A stretch of 64,000 bases of DNA. Source: an uncultured Acidobacteriota bacterium. GTDB lineage: Bacteria > Acidobacteriota > Thermoanaerobaculia > UBA5066 > Gp7-AA6. The notes below the pieces were generated by a model, which saw nothing but the letters and a program-made list of their open reading frames with translations, did not search any database and was not told where the DNA came from. Positions 61,351 to 64,000 of this stretch are shown piece after piece; positions within the stretch are counted from its first letter, which is position 1, and the number at the start of each line of letters is the position of its first letter. A program made the position numbers and the translations under genes. Location of the stretch: NCBI GenBank assembly GCA_963764715.1, contig CAVXTP010000007.1, positions 1 to 64,000 of the forward strand, written 5' to 3'.

Positions 61351-63324
61351 CTAGGGCCCGTAGAGCAGGAGCCCGAAGGCCTTGACCAGGAAGACGGCCA
61401 TCTGCCCGCGCGTGTTGGGGTTGAGCGGGCAGTAGTTGCCGCCGCCGCACCCTCCGGTGATCTGCTCGGCCGCGAGCTGTTCGATCCAGTCGGCGAACGG
61501 GGACGGGCAATCCACGTCGCCGAAGACGTGCGCGCAGGCCGGCGGCACGAAGGAGGAGCCGTGCTTGGCCTTCAGCAGGAACACGGCCATCTGGTCGCGG
61601 CGCACGGGATTGGTCGGGCAGTAGTTGCCGCCGCCGCACCCTCCGGTGATGGTTTCGGCCGCGAGCTGATTGACCCAGTCGACGAAGACCCCGCCGGGGC
61701 AGGGCTCGTCCGTGAAGACCGTTGCCGAGCAGGCGGGAGGCGCGTAGCCGCTCCCGTGCTTGCCCTTCAGGAGGAAGACGGCCATCTGGGCGCGGGTGAC
61801 GGAGTTGCCCGGGCAGTAGTTGCCGCCGCCGCAGCCGCCCGTGACTCCGTTGTGGAAGAGGTTCTCGACGAACCTGTAGAACGGATGCGATGTCGGGACG
61901 TCCGGGAACGACTCGCCGAGGTGCAGCGTCCAGGTCTTCGCGGGGAGCCCGCCGGAGTCGGGCCGGCCGGCGATCGTGGCCGGGCTCAGGTCCTCGGTGA
62001 ACGTGGCGTCCCAGTGCGGCGCGGGGCGCGTGCCGGAGACCGTCATGAGGTAACAGCCGCCCGGATCGGTCGCGCAGTCGGACACGGAGCCGCCGGTGAC
62101 GGTGCCGTAGCCCGCCACGTCGTCGTCGGTCGTGTAGGTCGGGCCGGGCGGACCGGTGAGGCCGGACGCCGCGCCGCCGAAGCTCTGGGGAATCGTCGAG
62201 GTGTTTTGCCAGGCGGGCGCCACCGCCGCGGTCTCGCCCGCCTCAAAGACGCCGTTGGCGTTGGAGTTCGAGCCCGCGACCCCGACGCCGTCGACCGCCA
62301 GCGACTGCGGGACCGTGCCGGCCGGCAGAATGGCCATTCCCGGAACCGCCAGGCCCGTCGAGCCGCCCGCGAGCGTGCGGACGGGAGCGGCGTTGCCGGT
62401 GGCGGTCCGGTTGTAGGCCGTGACGGAGTTCCCGTTCTGGTTCGACACCAGAAGCTGCTGGTTGGGGAGGTCGACGTAGACCCCGACGGGATAGTTCAAC
62501 CCCGTCGAGGCGCCCGCGATCGTGCGCAGGGGAGCCGTGTTGCCAGTGGCCGTCCGGCCGTAGACGGTGACCTTCACCGGGCTGGCGTTCGTGACCACGA
62601 TCTCGTCGTTCGTGCGGTCGAGCGCGAAGCCGATGGGGGTCGAGAGAGCGGTCGCGGCGCCGGTCAGCGTGCGAAGGGGTAAGACGTTTCCGTTCGCCGT
62701 GCGGCTGTAGACCGTCACCGAGTCGGGAGCCGGGGGAGTCGCGGAGCCGGCCGCGTTCACGACGAAGATCTCGTTGCTCAGCGGGTCGACCATGAGCATG
62801 TGCGAGAAGTTCAGGCCGGTCGCAGCTCCCGCGATGGTCCTCAGGGGCACGGCGTCGCCGTCCGCGGTGCGGCTGAACACCACGATGGACGAGGCCGTCG
62901 AGGTGTCGGCCGCCGACCGGTTCCCGACGATCAGCTCGTCGTGGAGCGGGTCGAAATCGATGCCCACGGGGGAGTCGAGCTTGGTCGAGCCACCGACGAT
63001 CGTGCGGACGGGGGCGGTGTCGCCGCTCGCGGTTCGCGCGTAGACGGTGACCGAGTTGCCGAAGTAGTTGGTGACGAACATCTCGTCGTGGACCAGATCG
63101 AGCGCGATGCCCCTCGGGCCGTTCAGGCCCGTCGCGGCTCCGCCGAGCGTTCGCAGAGGCGCGATGTCGCCGCTGTCGGTCCGGTTGTAGACGGTGATCG
63201 TGTCGCTGGAGCCGTTGGCGACGAAGAGCTCCTGGGCCCTCGCCGCACGGAGTCCGACGATCGTGCCGAGGAGCGCGAGGAACGGAGGGAGAGCGTGGCG
63301 ACGACTCAGGACGAACCGGAGCAT
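61351..63324 (-). CDS. Secreted beta-propeller (NHL/YVTN-like repeats) + SLH-like repeat protein
   Basis: About 6 repeats of TVYxRTAxGxxAPxRTxxGxxTxLxxP; AAGGAGG RBS before ATG 63324. Confidence 0.85.
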   Translation of the reverse strand: MLRFVLSRRHALPPFLALLGTIVGLRAARAQELFVANGSSDTITVYNRTDSGDIAPLRTLGGAATGLNGPRGIALDLVHDEMFVTNYFGNSVTVYARTASGDTAPVRTIVGGSTKLDSPVGIDFDPLHDELIVGNRSAADTSTASSIVVFSRTADGDAVPLRTIAGAATGLNFSHMLMVDPLSNEIFVVNAAGSATPPAPDSVTVYSRTANGNVLPLRTLTGAATALSTPIGFALDRTNDEIVVTNASPVKVTVYGRTATGNTAPLRTIAGASTGLNYPVGVYVDLPNQQLLVSNQNGNSVTAYNRTATGNAAPVRTLAGGSTGLAVPGMAILPAGTVPQSLAVDGVGVAGSNSNANGVFEAGETAAVAPAWQNTSTIPQSFGGAASGLTGPPGPTYTTDDDVAGYGTVTGGSVSDCATDPGGCYLMTVSGTRPAPHWDATFTEDLSPATIAGRPDSGGLPAKTWTLHLGESFPDVPTSHPFYRFVENLFHNGVTGGCGGGNYCPGNSVTRAQMAVFLLKGKHGSGYAPPACSATVFTDEPCPGGVFVDWVNQLAAETITGGCGGGNYCPTNPVRRDQMAVFLLKAKHGSSFVPPACAHVFGDVDCPSPFADWIEQLAAEQITGGCGGGNYCPLNPNTRGQMAVFLVKAFGLLLYGP

Positions 63325-63514
63325 GTCTGCCTCCTTGTCGAGGGAGGACGAGGGTGCCGGCCGGAGCACATCCAACCCGGAGTCGAAGGCGGGACTCTAG
63401 CATGGGGGCGTAGGCGACCCGGCCGCCAGCCGATGAGTGGTGCCCTTGCCGTCCCGGTGCGCCAGCCCGGCTCCGACGGGACTACGACGCGATGTTGCCG
63501 AACTCCCCGCCAGG

Positions 63515-64000
63515 CTAAGGGTCTGACCGCGTGGGCTCGGACCCGGGCGGTTGCGGAGGCGCCGGGATGCCGACGTTGGCCACGGCAAAGAACTCGCCGC
63601 GCGGCAGTTGTTGGTAAGTCTCGTTGCCGCGATTCCAGTCGTAGCGCAACGTGCCGAGGTCCCCGGCAATGGTCCACCAATCGCCGATCGTGTAAACGTG
63701 GCCTCGCCCGTCGGCCATCATTCCCGGCAGCCGCCACGGCGTGCGCCCGTCCTGATCCACGATCAGTCCGTGGTCGGTGATCGCGTGGCCCGTCGCAGCC
63801 TCGAGCGAGACGCTCAGCAGATGGAAATCCCGGAACTCCTGGTTCCCGAAGGCCCGGTTCGCGCGCTGGTAATAGAACACGCGATTTCCGCCGATGGCGA
63901 GGCCGCCGAGGTAGTTGAAGCCGATGTGCTGGATCGGGGTGAACGCGGACGCCATGGGCCGGGTCGAGTCGAACGCGTAGAGCATGCCGCCGTTGGGGAA
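63515..64000 (-). CDS. Partial hypothetical protein (C-terminus, runs off the window)
   Basis: Open frame continues to the window edge; beta-propeller-like composition. Confidence 0.55.
   Translation of the reverse strand, partial: FPNGGMLYAFDSTRPMASAFTPIQHIGFNYLGGLAIGGNRVFYYQRANRAFGNQEFRDFHLLSVSLEAATGHAITDHGLIVDQDGRTPWRLPGMMADGRGHVYTIGDWWTIAGDLGTLRYDWNRGNETYQQLPRGEFFAVANVGIPAPPQPPGSEPTRSDP

Noticed and set aside
58914-61915. Near-identical DNA stretches among SLH-like modules as mobile repeats or DGR template/variable repeats
   Set aside because: The similarity is explained by the shared protein domain; no reverse transcriptase or adenine-specific mismatch pattern was seen.

Overview
High-GC bacterial chromosomal window. 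It is probably from Acidobacteriota (Thermoanaerobaculia-like), inferred from gene content only. It begins with parA-parB (with a parS site inside parB), a bactofilin and a split ATP synthase operon (atpF'FHAGDC). The rest is envelope and secretome genes: a CsaB-GT2-GT4 fusion, three GT-C-like membrane proteins, five secreted proteins with the same Cys-rich SLH-like C-terminal module, metalloproteases, a TonB-dependent receptor, MacAB-TolC-like genes and a GGDEF-EAL protein. The strongest signals missed by the ORF track are these. (1) A membrane-anchored iodothyronine-deiodinase-like selenoprotein at 34461-35138, split at an in-frame UGA that is followed 11 nt later by a GGUC-loop SECIS-like hairpin. 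(2) A HUH/Y1 (RAYT-type) transposase bounded by 28-bp inverted repeats, plus two 82-88 bp non-autonomous copies of the same ends that exactly bracket one protease gene. (3) A candidate pyruvylated-glycan/SLH anchoring system in a diderm. No CRISPR array, tRNA or rRNA was seen. All calls come from motif recognition by eye; no searches were run.
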